DNA of 64,000 nt. Source: Octopus sinensis. Taxonomy: Eukaryota. Shown piece after piece: positions 39,297 to 53,709 of the stretch; the stretch's first letter is position 1, and each line of letters begins with the position of its first letter. The position numbers were made by a program, and so were the translations under genes. The notes below the pieces were generated by a model, which was given only the letters and a program-made list of their open reading frames with translations, did no database searches and had not been told where the DNA came from. The stretch is from the NCBI RefSeq assembly GCF_006345805.1, contig NC_042999.1, forward strand, positions 133,176,001 to 133,240,000. The letters run 5' to 3'.

Positions 39297-39865
39297 AGCA
39301 CGCGCGTTTACATTTGTTCGCATGTCTTTATATGTGTTCTCTTACACGCGTATGTATCTCCGCAATTATATCTATGTGTGCGTGTATTTCTTTGCGTTTT
39401 TCTGCGTGTGTGCGTGTTTTTCTGCGTATTTATTTATATATTGCTATGTGTGTCTGTGTGTGTGTGGGTGTGAGGGTTTAATCGCGTGTATGTGAATTTG
39501 CCTTTGTGCTCATGGCGTATACGTCCTTGAGTATGTGCGTATGTAGGATGTGCTAACGTTACGATGATTGACAGACAGGGTGACAATGATGAGGTCAAAG
39601 GTGAGTAGTTAGAAGCGATATTTCGGTGAGGAGGCGTCAATACAAGACGATAAACTATAAAACATGCTGGAAGCAATGGAAGCTATTACGTCAGAGGTAA
39701 CGGCTGAGAGAATGAGAAAGCGAGAAAGGAACAGAAAGAGGTGTAGGAAGAATGTGAGTGATGGGGAAGAGGGAAAGGAGAGGGAAGAGAGACGGAAGAG
39801 TTTTGGCGGGAACGAAGTCAAAGATATCAGTTGGCTTGACACGAGGGGTTTTAAGGCTGAAAGGG

Positions 39866-40326
<461 letters not shown>

Positions 40327-42129
40327 GAAAGAGGGGAGAAGAGGAGGGAGATAAAGGGAGATAAGTAGAGTGATGGATGGAGATATAGAGAGAATAAGAG
40401 AAGGAAGAAAGAAGAGATATAAAGAAATAGAAGAAATAGTAAGTCATGAAACGAATGGAAGGTAAACGAATGAGAGAGAGAGAGAGAAAGAAATAGATAG
40501 ATAGGGAGTGGGGTAACCTAGAAAGATATACAGAACATCAAAAGAGAGGAAGAGATAAAGAAGAAATTTAACTGCAAAGGAGGAAAGGAGATTATAGAAG
40601 GGGTGGAGTGACGTGATGAAATGAAATTCGATTAAACGAAGGGAGGAAAGAGAGAGAGAGGGCGAGGGAGGATGACGTTTCAGAGACTGAGAAGAGAAAG
40701 CGTAAGATGAAGAAAAAGGAACTAGGCAACATTCTCAAGTAGAGAAGAGAGAGAAAAGGGAGTGATAGAATGATGTAATGGGAGAGAAAATGTGTGTATG
40801 TGTGTGTGAGGGGTGTGGGGTGTTTGTGTCTGAGAGAGAAAGAGAGTGTGTGTGTGTGTATAGGAGAGCGATAGAGTTTGACAAGATGTAACAGAATCAA
40901 AATGGTGTCACTTGATAAATATTTGGAGTTGAGCTATTTCTTAAATCTCATCACTCTTTGCCCCTAAGTTACTCAAGCTTAAGAAGTCCTCAAGTCATTT
41001 CTTGAGTCGTACTTAACTGTATAAAGGCCACTCTTCGCTTTCTGCTCTATTGTCTCTCAACATGTCCTCAAACCATGTTTGAATTGCAGTAGTGTTATTG
41101 TAACAAATACCAGGTGAAAGTTGCGTCACAAACGTTTTGACGCCTCAAGATATAAATGGAAAGCGAATTTAATTCATTTTATGGGTTTTCAGATGGTTGA
41201 ATTGACTCTTCCACAATGTAGTTGCTTCAATTTCGACACACGATCTCAGATAGAATTGCTTGTACGATAAATGCAGCAAAAGTATTCGTCTGTTCTTACA
41301 TTGTGGTACAACGTAAGAGCGCGGCCATTGATACTAGTCTGCTGAAGTGCCACTTCAAATTTTGGCACAAGAGCAGCACGTTCTGGAAAGGAGGTAAATC
41401 GATTGCATTGCCCCTAATGTACAACTGGTATTTATTTTATTTATCACGAAAGGATGACAAGCAAAGTCAGCTTTGGTGGAATTTGAACTCAGACCGTAAA
41501 GACCGACGAAATGCCGTTAAGCAATTTGCCCGGTGAAAGTGACACTCTAATAAAATCAACCGTAAGTATTAGGTATTTGCGCATGAAAATATTTACGTCC
41601 ATTGTGACTAAAAACAAGAGTGACACTGAAACGATTGTGACTAGTAATAAAGATGTATTAAACTCATACTTTGCCTTCTTATTTGGATTATATATTGCTC
41701 TCCGCAAAACCTACATAGTGGGTTTACCGGTAACATACCTGTATTTTCTACAGCATTTCCCATTCAATTCTCCTCCAGACTTTAATTCTTGTAGACAACC
41801 GAGTGTTGAGTTTGGATTCGGTGGTGCATTGGAAAGACTCCGACCATATACCTTATATATATATAGGTGTCCAAGTGCATTTTTAAGTTTCTTCTAACCA
41901 ATTCAATGATTTTATTAAGATTTGGTGTACAAGAAGTACCTGTGGAGATGAATATTTTTCAATGGGTGTAGCTTGCACTTCACTACTCTTGCCTACTGAC
42001 CCGAGAAGACTTTCACCGGTGTGACATGAGAATTGACAAAACCGGGAACTTCCAAAGCCACAGATTTTATTTTATCTCCTAGGTAGATTACCAACCAATG
42101 TTACAAAGCTTCTACTTGTACAATAGGTA

Positions 42130-44165
42130 GTCTATCCCGTACCAGACACCAAACCAACATCCAAACTCTCCATAGTGTGATTGAATATCATACCGGCGTC
42201 CGACGCGGAGCAGTCTACACTTTTGAATAGACCATCATCCGTTGACATGAGGATGATGGAAAAAGTGGAACACCTTCCAGTTATAGAGAAGATAGCATTT
42301 GAACCAATTCTAAATGACATTTATTTAGCTGTGAATAAGTTGAATAACAATAAGTCTCCAGGGTCTGATGGAATCTGTGCAGAGGTCTTGAAATATGGGG
42401 GTGACAAAATGCTTGAACTATTAAATGTATTAATTTTCACTTTTGGAGAACTGAGAAAGCGCCTCAAGACTGGATTGATGCAATTTTAGTCTCCTTGTAT
42501 AAATTGGTGCCAACGGATCTGTGTGGTAATTTTCGTGGGATTTTATTTGTAGTTGGAAAAGTACTTGTCCGCATTCTGTTAAAACGTTTAAATACCTTCA
42601 TAGTTCCAAATATAATGTTTGAGTTTCCATGTGATTTTCGCTCCTCTAGGGGCACAGTTGATTGTATCTTTACTATCAGACAATTTCAGGAAAGGTACAT
42701 TGATCAGAACTTGAACTATATCATTTCTTTGTTGATTTAAGCAAGGCATTCAATACTGTTAACCGAAACGCTCTGCGGCTAATTTTAGGGAAAATATGTT
42801 GCCCAGAAAAACTTGTAAACATGATCAGGGCTTTGCATCAAGATATGAAGGCTAAAGTTAATTTTAGTGGTAGGTTTTCTGAATCCTTTGCTATGGAAAA
42901 TGGAGTAAAGCAAGGAGACCTTAATTCTCCCACCCTCTTTGCAATATACTTTGCTGTTGTGTTGTCACATGCTTTTCAAAACTCCGAGGAGGTTATTTAC
43001 ATAAAATATCAAACAACAGGGAGTGTTTTTAATCTGACCAGACTGAAATTCAAAACAGGTTTTTAATTCACTCATTAGGGAACTCTTAAACGCTAACGAC
43101 CTAGTCAGTCATTCTGAAACAGGCCTGCAATCTCTTGTATCTGCATTTGATTCAGCTTGTTATGATTTTGGCTTGACCATCAACTAAGACAAAAAACAGT
43201 TGTAATGTATGAAATTGCACGTGATGGTGTTTGCAACCCCACTAAAATTTTCGTTAAGGGTAAGTTACTTGAAGTTATTGACACTTTCATCTACCTCGAA
43301 AGCTTTGTACAAAATGATGGAAATCTGGACACAGAAATATATCTGCGAATCAAAGGTCAACACAAGCATTTGGTAGTTTGGAGTCATGCGCTTAGCGCCA
43401 ACGACATGTAAAATAACACAAAACTGTGTCTTTACGAATCAGAACAATTCCACCAAAAATACCACATTTTAAACATTATATGGGGCTTTTTTTAGTCCAA
43501 ACACAGATGTCTTTGCGTCTACAGGCATCTGAAAAATCAAATGAGATGGCTGGCCATATTGTTCGAATGGCGGATGAACACACAGCCAAACAAGTGTTTT
43601 ATCGCGAGCTTGCAGGGGAAAACGCAATGTAGAGGAAAACGCAAAGCGGTTTAAGGACGGCGTAAGGACTACCATGAAGTCACTTGGAATGGATCCAAAG
43701 GCCATAGAAACCCTTGCTTCGGCTCGAGCTGGATGGTGGACAAAAGTGTGGAGTGGAGAGAAAGCTTTTAAGGAGGCCAGGATGATACATGCAAGACTCA
43801 AGAGAGATTTAAAGAAGAATGTTGCGATCAAGGTGAATCTCAGTGACCTTTTTGAGTGAACAGTTTGTGACAGACCATGTCTTTCTTTTTCTAGGCTCAA
43901 ATCTCATTGGCGAACCCATGAAAAACGAACTTCCACCAACTTCTTTGCCTATACATATGTGCACACCTTTCAATGCCGTGTATGCCATAAGATCTGCAAA
44001 TCTAACGGAGGCCTCTGAAGACATTTTAAGATTCACAAAGATCAGAACTTAACTGGTGATCCAAATCAGATATCCAATCTGAGTGCCTGGTTTAAAAAGC
44101 CACATCAGATGCCAATATAGGTCAATGGTGCAAGTACAAGTGGTGGTCAGACTCTGCATAAGGAG
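42130..44165 (+). pseudogene. RTE-clade (BovB-like) LINE, 5'-truncated, decayed RT
   Basis: KLNNNKSPGSDGICAEVLKYGG; CGNFRGI; FRSSRGTVDCIFTIRQ; DLSKAFNTVNR; GVKQGD...PTLFAIYF; AGHIVRMADEHTAKQVFYREL; C-terminal GLKSHIR. Confidence 0.9.
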
Positions 44166-44216
44166 TAGACAATTTTTTCCTCCGTCTTCCCTTCCTTGGA
44201 TCTTTCCTCTTTCTAT

Positions 44217-44251
44217 GTTTCTGGCGAAGAGCTCCGCTCGAAACGTTAAAT
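44217..44251 (+). ncRNA. Minimal hammerhead variant in pLTR-like element 44170-44352
   Basis: gttt-CTGgCGA-A-gagc-tcc-gctc-GAAACGTT-aaat. Confidence 0.5.
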
Positions 44252-44349
44252 CCTCCTTCTTTCTTTCCTTTCCTGAGCGTCCAATAACACTATACTTCTT
44301 CCTCGTCCTCGCGTTGTTGTGTTTTCTCTTGTGTTTTCATGTTGGATTA

Positions 44350-44384
<35 letters not shown>

Positions 44385-44479
44385 TAAGCAATAAAGGGTT
44401 TAGCAACGAATTGCCTTACCACATACCGAATTTAGAAATAGCAGTCAAAGAGTTATAGCTATTTCTTCTAATATAATAT

Positions 44480-44540
<61 letters not shown>

Positions 44541-44888
44541 CATATATATATACCTAGGTATACATATACATATACAGCTATCATACATACATACATACAT
44601 ACTTATACAACTGATGATTATTTCTGCTAATACTTGCAGTGTTTCGTGTCTATGCATGTTTCTCTATGTTTCTCCAGTGTGTATAGCAAAACAGACACAC
44701 GCACGCACACCTATACATACACACACACACGGACATACGCACACACACACACACATACACAAACAGACACAACTCGCACGCACATAAATCCATGTGTGTA
44801 TTCATGCATGTATGTTTGTACGTATGCATGCATATGCGCATGTATGTATATACACAGTATATATATATATCTATATATATATATAATA

Positions 44889-44948
<60 letters not shown>

Positions 44949-44960
44949 ATATTATATATA

Positions 44961-45027
<67 letters not shown>

Positions 45028-45127
45028 TATATATAGTTAATCCAAACATGAAGACACAAAGAGAAAACACAACAACGCGAGGACGTGGAACAAAAATAGT
45101 ATTATTGGACGCTCAGGAAGAAGGAGG

Positions 45128-45162
45128 GTTTAACGTTTCGAGCGGAGCTCTTCGTCGGAAAC
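45128..45162 (-). ncRNA. Minimal hammerhead variant in pLTR-like element 45036-45240
   Basis: gttt-CCGACGA-A-gagc-tcc-gctc-GAAA-cg-TT-aaac: perfect stems I and II, palindromic AACGTT stem III; element flanked by (TA)n on both sides. Confidence 0.6.
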
Positions 45163-45236
45163 ATAGGAGAAGGAAAGATCCAGAGAAGGGAAGACAGGGG
45201 AAAAATAATCGCCAACGGTACACACGCGGTCACATT

Positions 45237-45282
<46 letters not shown>

Positions 45283-46371
45283 GCACACACATAGGCAATA
45301 GCCATGGCTCTCCTCGCATGTATGAATTGTTCTTTGGATAATAGATTTTAACTGTTAAAATAGTTTCTGCATCACAGATTCCTTTTATTATTGTCAAAAT
45401 AGTCACCTAAAAGAAGAACCAGCTCTAGCTCTTGTCCCCTCCCAGTCTATTAATTTGCATCATCAACGTACAAGAATGAAAATATATGACTGGCCTTATT
45501 ATTGATCTCTTATCCTAATTCCAAACACGTAATTAAACAAGAAGAATTAAAATACTATATAATGTTTTGGAGTTGTTGGAAAACAATTTAAATTCTTTGA
45601 ACTTTCATGTGGATAGTGGTTGGTTAATTACCATTCTTAATCCACAAGTCGGTAAGATGAAAGAGAGTACATAAACTATAAATTAGTGACGGTAGAGCAG
45701 TCGAGAAAAACATTAGTCATTGTTAGTAGATGTTTGGAGAAATTAGCAGCGCCTGATAAGTATTAATTTCCTGATCAGTGTGAAGCAAACATTATTAATA
45801 GAGACAAACGGACAGAGAGGTCAGTGTTTGGACATAATTGAACCACTTTTCACTTGCTTCTCGTCTATTTAATCGACTAAGCAATAAACATCTAGATATA
45901 TGCACATCAATGAGGAAGTGTTTCTGGTGGACATTGACATTCTGTTTAGTTGTGTAGATCTATGTTGAACTCGATTGTTAACAATTAGCAGTTATTACTT
46001 GTATGACAATTTATAATTTGAAGTGATCTTCAGTAGCTTGTCAACCTCACATTGCTCCCACATTCATTTAATGACTTCTGCTTTACACTTTACTACTTAG
46101 AAATGTCAGTTTGGTTGTTTACGTTCTGTTTACTGGAGAACTTCGAGATTACAGATGTGAAGAGTGTAAATTTGTAATTCATCACATTAAAATTTGTTTC
46201 GTAGATTCTTGTTTTCTTTACACGCTTCCTTCTATGATTGTTCATTTCTACGACGGTATTCTACACAATACTTGGACATCGCGAACTGTATAAATGCTAT
46301 TATATTAACAGAACAAAATCGACATCAGAAAAAAAAATGACGTTAGCGATTTACAAAGAATAATATAGTAT

Positions 46372-46575
46372 AATCCTTTCTACTATAGGCACAAGGCCTG
46401 ACATTTGGTCGATTAAGTCGACCCCAGTAAGCAAATGGTATTTAATTTATCGACCTCGAAAGGATGAAAGGCAAAGTCGACCTCGGTGCAATTTAAACTC
46501 AGAATGTAAAGACAAACGAAATACTGCTAAGCATTTCGCCCAGCTTGCTGACGATTCTGCCAGCCTGACGCCTTA
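46372..46575 (-). mobile_element. SINE family B (tail-2)
   Basis: Family head, body and tail. Confidence 0.8.
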
Positions 46576-46624
46576 AAGAATAATATAATACAATAAGAAT
46601 AATTATAGTATTACTTATACCAAA

Positions 46625-47072
46625 GCAGCGAGCGCCTGGCAAAATGCTTAATGGTATTTCGTCCGTCTAGGCGGCGAGCTGGCAGAAACGTTAGCACGCC
46701 GGGCGAAATGCGTAGCCGTATTTCGTCTGCCGTTACGTTCTGAGTTCAAATTCCGCCGAGGTCGACTTTGCCCTTCATCCTTTCGGGGTCGATTAAATAA
46801 GTACCAGTTACGCACTGGGGTCGATGTAATCGACTTAATCCGTTTGTCTGTCCTTGTTTGTCCCCTCTGTGTTTAGCTCCTTGTGGGTAGTAAAGAAATA
46901 GGTATTTCGTCCGTCTTCACGTTCTGAGTTCAAATTCAGCCGAGGTTGACTTTGCATTTCGTCATTTCGGGGTCGATTACATCGGCCTCAGTGAAACACT
47001 GGGATCGATGTAATCGTCTAGTCCCCTCCCACAAAATTTCAGGCCTCGTGCCTTTAGTAGAAAGGGTTATTA
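46625..47072 (+). mobile_element. Full-length tail-1 SINE B (46670-46900) nested in a tail-2 SINE B
   Basis: Exact 16-bp TSD ggtatttcgtccgtct at 46653-46668 and 46901-46916. Confidence 0.9.
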
Positions 47073-47164
47073 CTAATATGGTATTGAATTAAAATTCGCT
47101 GAGGTCAACTTTGCTCTTCATTTTCTCCCTTTCGGAACCCATAAAATAAGTGCCAGTTGAGCAT

Positions 47165-47375
47165 TGTCTGTCTGTTTGTCCCTCTACCATTGTTTGACAG
47201 TAGGTGTTGGTGTGTTTACGTCCCAGTGACTTAACGGTTTTGTAAAAGATACCGATAGAATAAGAACTAGATTTATAAAGAATAAGTCCTGGGGTGGATT
47301 TGTTCGACTAAAGGAGGGGCTCCAGCCTGACCTGGCCGCTATCATATGACTGAAACAAATGAAAGAATAAAAGAA
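47165..47375 (+). mobile_element. SINE family A, 3' half
   Basis: Family motifs. Confidence 0.75.
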
Positions 47376-47418
47376 TATATATATATATATACGTATCCTC
47401 TTTTCTGTTACTATATAT

Positions 47419-47534
<116 letters not shown>

Positions 47535-47739
47535 CATATATATATACACACGTATATATATAGTTTTATTCTTTATATATAATCAATTATTTTTGTTTTT
47601 ATTTTACTCTTCGCGAAACTCACACACGTGGAACCAAGATTTTGTACACCTGAAGGTTTTCCGAATTAGGCTGGAATCCGACAATGTCGATAGCCCAGAA
47701 CTGAGGTTGAACGCTGCATTAGAAATACCATGCCTTTAT

Positions 47740-47957
47740 ACCTACCAGACCACCGATGTTATCCAAAGGGAAAAGCAAAGGCCGATGCAGCTTGGCACCA
47801 GTGATGTCGCAGCTCATTTCTACCGCTGAATGAACTGGAGCAACGTGAAATATAGTGCCTTGCACAAGATCACAACACACAGTCCGGTCTGGAAATCAAA
47901 CTCACTACCTCATGATTGTGAGCCGACACTCTTACCACTGAGCCATGTGACTTCACA
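47740..47957 (-). mobile_element. SINE family C, decayed
   Basis: ctggagcaacgtgaaat core and tRNA-like head. Confidence 0.65.
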
Positions 47958-48164
47958 GGATCCGTTACATACGTATTGTATTTTGAAGTCACTTTTACAA
48001 AAAAACTGTTCACTTTTATTTAAGAACATCTATGATGGGTTCAATCCTAGACAAATCCTTAAAAGAAATTTCAATTAAAAATAGTAATTCGAATTATCAT
48101 TGAAATCTTTGCACTCAGACAAATTGGGAGATGTTACTATACAAATGTACGTCTATAGATAGAT

Positions 48165-48582
48165 CTTATTTCTTTATTGCCCACAAGGGGCTAAACATAG
48201 AGGGGACAAACAAGGACAGACAAAGAGATTAAGTCGATTACATCGGCCCCAGTGCGCAACTGGTACTTAATTTATCGACCCCGAAAGGATGGAAGGCAAA
48301 GTCGACCTCGGCGGAATTTGAACTCAGAACGTAGCGGCAGAAAAAATACCTATTTCTTTACTACCCACAAGGTGCTAAACACAGAAGGGACAAACAAGGA
48401 CAAACAAACGGATTAAGTCGATTATATCGACCCCAGTGCGTAACTGGTACTTATTTAATCGACCCCGAAAGAATGAAAGGCAAAGTCGAACTCGGCGGAA
48501 TTTGAACTCAGAACGTAGTGGCAGGTGAAATACCGCTAAGCATTTCGCCCGGCGTGCTAACGTTTCTGCCAGCTCACTGCCC
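48165..48582 (-). mobile_element. SINE B dimer (two tail-1 units)
   Basis: Same internal junction near 48350; short atagatag duplication at the flanks. Confidence 0.85.
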
Positions 48583-48798
48583 TATTAATAGATAGTTATG
48601 TACAGAAAGGGATGATAGAGGAAAATGTTGTACACCTACACGCACACACGATTGCTCAATCACACGCAGACACAAAGATGTATGTATGTATGTATGTATA
48701 CGTGTATTATGTATGTACGTATCTATCTGTCTGTCTGTCTATCTATAATATATGTGTGTGTATGTTTGCGTGTGTACGTGTGTGTGTGTGTGTGTTTA

Positions 48799-48857
<59 letters not shown>

Positions 48858-49546
48858 CTTGTGTAAATTATTAGGCATTAATAGAATAACGATTGTTCAA
48901 CAGAGGCAGAAATATTTAAATGGAGAAAAACCGAAATTTGGAAGAAAAGAAGAGAATGAGAAATATTAGCTTAAATATCTAATTGGACATTGCTTCTGTG
49001 AGTCTTGAGAGAATTAGCACCAAAACCATGATTAGCCAAATTACAGTCGGCGGACAATGGTGGGGCCCCAGGTGTATTTGGTCTCTGACCTATACTATTG
49101 TTCTTGTCAGAAATGTATGATGAATGGCTGTAGATGTGCCAGGATTGGTGGCAAAACAGCCACTCAAACACAACATTAGGATTATATCTGAATAAAATAA
49201 TCAGCATAGAATGGTCACGGCGAGAGAGAGAGAGTGGTGGGGGAGAAGGAGAGAGAGAGAGAGAGAGAAAGAGGATAGGAGAGTGAGAAAGACAGGGAAA
49301 GAGATAGAGGAGAGTAAAAGAGAGAGTGAAAAGTAGTGGAGAGTGCCTACAATTTAAATCTGTATGTTTATGTCAGTTTAATTTGTCTAGCTACCATTTC
49401 TCTCCAGCCGAGCTTGTATTCTCTCTGTCGAAAACATCTTAATCACACGTAAATACACACAGATTCACACACGCATATGCACTCACACACATGTATGTAT
49501 GTGTGTATGTATACACACACACACATACACACACACACACACACAT

Positions 49547-49581
<35 letters not shown>

Positions 49582-49769
49582 AACGCGCGCATTCATAGAT
49601 CTTTCTATGTATATATATGTGCGTATGTTTGTGATCTATACGCGTGTGTGAGTGTGTATGAGTCTGTCTGTGTGTGTGCGCGCGCGTGTATGCGTGCATT
49701 TTATTCTGTTACCGGTTTCAGTCAGAGGTTGTGACCATGCTGGGGCACGATTTAAGCGCTAATGCTTGT

Positions 49770-50260
49770 CTATGTTAGACCCACTTCCCGAGCCTCTCTC
49801 TGGAATCCATCTTGGTGAAGCGGTGAGTTGGACAGAGTCACCTTTTTTTTTTTGCATATCTTGCCATATGTAGGTTCATCTGGTGGTACATGAGATAAAA
49901 ATTTGTCCAATTGTTCTTTGTCCACAACTCGTAGACCTCTGGGGCCTTTTGGCAAGGTATTGAAAAGCTGCAGGCCTTTGAATCCTAAACTGTTACAGTA
50001 TTTAGTGTTTACTCAGGACGGAATGAGCGGTATCTTTGTTATTATGCAGTGGTGTCCAGGGATAAATAGCTATATATTTCAATCCCGAAGTTGGCCGCTA
50101 GACCTTCCAGTATCTTCCATATGTGTGTGTGTATCGCTCCATATCTTTTGCTTCCTCTCCCCAGGGAGTAGAACATCAGCTCTTTTAGATTCACCAGTAA
50201 TACGTTTCTTGCACCAGGACAATAATTTTGGTGCAATGGCATTGGATTGCCTTACGTTTG
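49770..50260 (-). pseudogene. CR1/L2/Jockey-group LINE 3' end, decayed
   Basis: LKELMFYSLGRGSKRYGAI..WKILEGLAANFGIE...LQLFNTLPK...LDKFLSHVPPDEPT, a typical post-RT region. Confidence 0.75.
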
Positions 50261-50293
50261 CTGTTTATTTGACGCCCTGAGGCGATCATAATT

Positions 50294-50511
50294 ATTAAAG
50301 TAAAGTTATCTTCTCGAGTTACGTCGACTCATCAGAACCGGTTTCCAGGTTTCATGGCGTATATATTTCCCACCTTCATTGGACGCCGTTCCGTCGCAGG
50401 ATTACTCATTTGAAACACGGAAAAGGAAGTGTTTTGCTCAAGAACTCAACACGTCGCCCGGTCCAGAAATCGAAACAAACAATCTTATGATCATAAGGCC
50501 AGCACCTCCAC
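50294..50511 (-). mobile_element. SINE family C with 11-bp TSD
   Basis: TSD gatcataatta on both sides; head gtggagg. Confidence 0.8.
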
Positions 50512-50599
50512 GATCATAATTAGGAGCAATAATACGATTTTTGTCCTTGGGTAACGACTGTAATTTTTTTTTTTTACCCCGAGAAAGTATGAAAAATGG

Positions 50600-51010
50600 C
50601 TAATATTTCCTTCATAATTTACTTTTGTTACATTTAGTCAAACCCCAAATAATCCCTTTCAACACATGACTATGGTGCTTCCCCACTACTCCTGCTCATG
50701 GTCAAAGATGTACATATTGTCAGCCGCTAAGGGATATGTTCAAGTGGTTAAGATCAAGCAAATCTGTGGTATTGAACAGAATATTTGTTATGCTATTTCT
50801 GCTTCAGCAGCTCAACGCTGAATCTGTCTGAAATATAATGGGGAAAAGATCAGTTTCAAAACATAGATGTCTAGGTCTCAAAACAAAGTTTGAAGAGAAT
50901 AGTAATCATTTCCTTCGATTTCTAGATAGAAGCAAATAAGAAACAACACTTACTGACCAAAGACAAAAAAACAATTTTTTTAAACAAAAGCTTTGTTACA
51001 CAGTAAGTGT
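50600..51010. repeat. About 420-bp interspersed repeat (second copy about 60150-60545), unclassified
   Basis: Two same-orientation copies that are clearly alignable; no ORF. Confidence 0.75.
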
Positions 51011-51224
51011 AATCGAAGCGACGGAGTGAGAATGTTCTTCATGGTTGCCCTTTTCTGTCTTCTGAATGATCTCAGAATCTATCCAGTCAGATAGAAGTGT
51101 TGCTTGCTTGATACTCCTCGTGTGTCGATTCTGCCCATAAAAAGGAACAGATTATACAATGTGGCTGTAGGGCATAACACCCAAGCAACGCCGAGATGCA
51201 TTGCTAGTGCGTATATATATATAC

Positions 51225-51263
<39 letters not shown>

Positions 51264-51280
51264 CGTGTGTGCGTGTGTGC

Positions 51281-51316
<36 letters not shown>

Positions 51317-51707
51317 TACAAATACATAATATCTGTATAAATGTGTATATATATTAATATATTTATGTATATATATAAATGTATGGATACACACACACAC
51401 TCACAAATACCAACACACTTTCTTGCATAGATCTAATCCACGTCTACATGTATAACTACTCCTTTGAGACATCAACAAAAACAATAAGACATCATTAAAT
51501 GTGCCTCATTCTTTGAGTGGATATACCGGTATCTTAATGATGTGTAAAGTTATGTATAAAAGTTTGCAAAGTGACTCAGATAGGTGCAGGAAAGTCTCAT
51601 TATATATAACAGTAGTTACACCCTAAAATTAACCGCTTCGAGCTGCCTAGTATCACGGGGATTTTGGATGTCTCTTGGGCTCAGCGTGTCCTTCCCTACT
51701 AAGACGT

Positions 51708-51915
51708 TACGTGGGGGTACTGAACAGTTCCTTGCTTTGGGTAAAAGAAAGGAGGATCTGTTAGTTATGATTTTATTCAACATATTACCCTCTCAGCCTT
51801 ACACACAGCGGTCCTCCAGTTTTTTTAAGCACTGTAAAAAAACTCGGCATGTTGTGCCTTCATCCAGGCCTTTTGTAATATCTTTAAAGCCAGGAACTTT
51901 TCAGCACATCCTCGT
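51708..51915 (-). mobile_element. Mariner 3' end fragment
   Basis: TIR-like tacgtgggggtactgaacagttcc followed by a decayed transposase C-terminal tract. Confidence 0.5.
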
Positions 51916-52267
51916 TTATTTCTAACAATAGATTAAATCTAAAAAATAATGTAAACGAGGGATGCACAGAAAGCAAGAGTCGCACTGGGTCTCGATTCTG
52001 TTATTATATGCTCTCGTTTTAGCCCTGGATTTTATACCAATATTAGCCTAATACGGTACCTCACCAGCTGCTAATCTGATCATCTTCAGAGTCATGGAGG
52101 ACGAACGTCAGGTTACTTCTATAGAGGTGAGGTATTAAGGCAAGAATGTGAATTTAGGATTGTGACTATATATTAAAGGTAAGTCTATAGATTGACGTTA
52201 CAGATAGTGGGTTTCACGCAGTGCAATACCTAAATCTAATCGCTAAACTTAACATCATTAACGGTTT

Positions 52268-52584
52268 CTTATTTCTTTACTGCCCGAAAGGATGAAAGGC
52301 AAAGTCGACCTTGGCAGAATTTGAACTCAGAACGTAATGGCAGAAGAATTACCTATTTCTTTACTACCCACAAGGGGCTAAACACAGAGGACAAACAAGG
52401 ACAGACAAACGGATTAAGTCGATTATATCGACCCCAGTGCGTAACTGGTATTTATTTAATCGACCCCGAAAGGATGAAGAGCAAAGTCGACCTCGGCGGA
52501 ATTTGAACTCAGAACGTAGCGGCAGACGAAATACTGCTAAGCATTTCGCCCGGCGTGCTAACGTTTCCGCCAGCTCGCTGCCTT
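52268..52584 (-). mobile_element. SINE B dimer with 17-bp flanking duplication
   Basis: catcattaacggtttct at 52253-52269 and 52597-52613; internal junction near 52353. Confidence 0.85.
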
Positions 52585-53049
52585 AAACATCATTACCATC
52601 ATTAACGGTTTCTATCAACATGCAGTGCGAGAATATGATTGCATGACATGTCCATACTCTCCTAATTATATTATCGGTGACGATTATCAATCAGTTAATG
52701 TTAAGTCCCAGTGCACCAATGATGGCCCAGTTATAATTGTATAAATTCATTGGCAAAACGGACAGGATGATTTGAACTTAATACTGCAAAGTAAGAAAAT
52801 ATTCATCAATAATGCCGTAGGGTCACAGCTCGGTTGCAAACAATATCATAGCGAAGTAGCTTCTTAGTATTACATAATACTGGTTGTTAAAACATTAGGT
52901 GATTTGACTGTAGACACACCAGAAGTGGCCTGATATGAACGTCCGTCTTAGCACTTGGTTGTCCAGTAAACACAAAGTTAAATACCAATTGTCAAAATAT
53001 TCCTTGCGCACCGATAGTCATTCAAAGAATATCAATTATCTAACAACCG

Positions 53050-53400
53050 TGACTGTGCGGTAAGAAGCTTGTTTCCCAACCACATGGTTCCAGATTCAGT
53101 CCCACTGCGTGGCACTTGGACGAGTGCTTTCTATTATAGCCTTGGGCCAACCAAGTCCTTGTGGGTGGATTTGATAGACGGAAACTGAAAGAAGCCTGTC
53201 ATATATATATGTGAGTGTTATTTGACAACCGATGTTGATGTGTTTACGTCCCCATAACCTCGCGGTTCGATAAAAGATATCGATAGAATAGGTACCAGGC
53301 TTTAAAAACAAGGTACAGGGGTCGATTCAATCGACTAAACGGAAGTACCTGAGCATGGTCGCAGTCTAATGACTAGAACAAATAAAATATTAAAGATAAA
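53050..53400 (+). mobile_element. SINE family A, decayed
   Basis: Head, body and tail motifs. Confidence 0.8.
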
Positions 53401-53709
53401 AGACAGCCAAAAATGCAACTGGTATTTTCTACATCAGCTATACATTTCTCTTGTAGGTACGACTTTCTCATCCACCACTAAAAGTATTTGATTCTTGTTC
53501 AGTAAGTAGAAATTTAGTGAAATATGTGAAAAATGTTGGCTATCTTTCGATAAAGGTAAACGGATAATGAAAGTATTTGTTCGGCAATTTCCGTGCGAAA
53601 TTTTTATCTCTTTAATTTTTGTTCTTTTCAGCTGAATCGCTCATTTATGAATTTTTTTGTGCACGTATTATGTGTTTGTGTGTACAGCATAGATGTATGT
53701 ATATTTTGT

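Noticed and set aside
51975-52095. CTGAAGA...GAGAC motif on the minus strand
   Set aside because: GAAA is broken and there is no convincing stem I or III.
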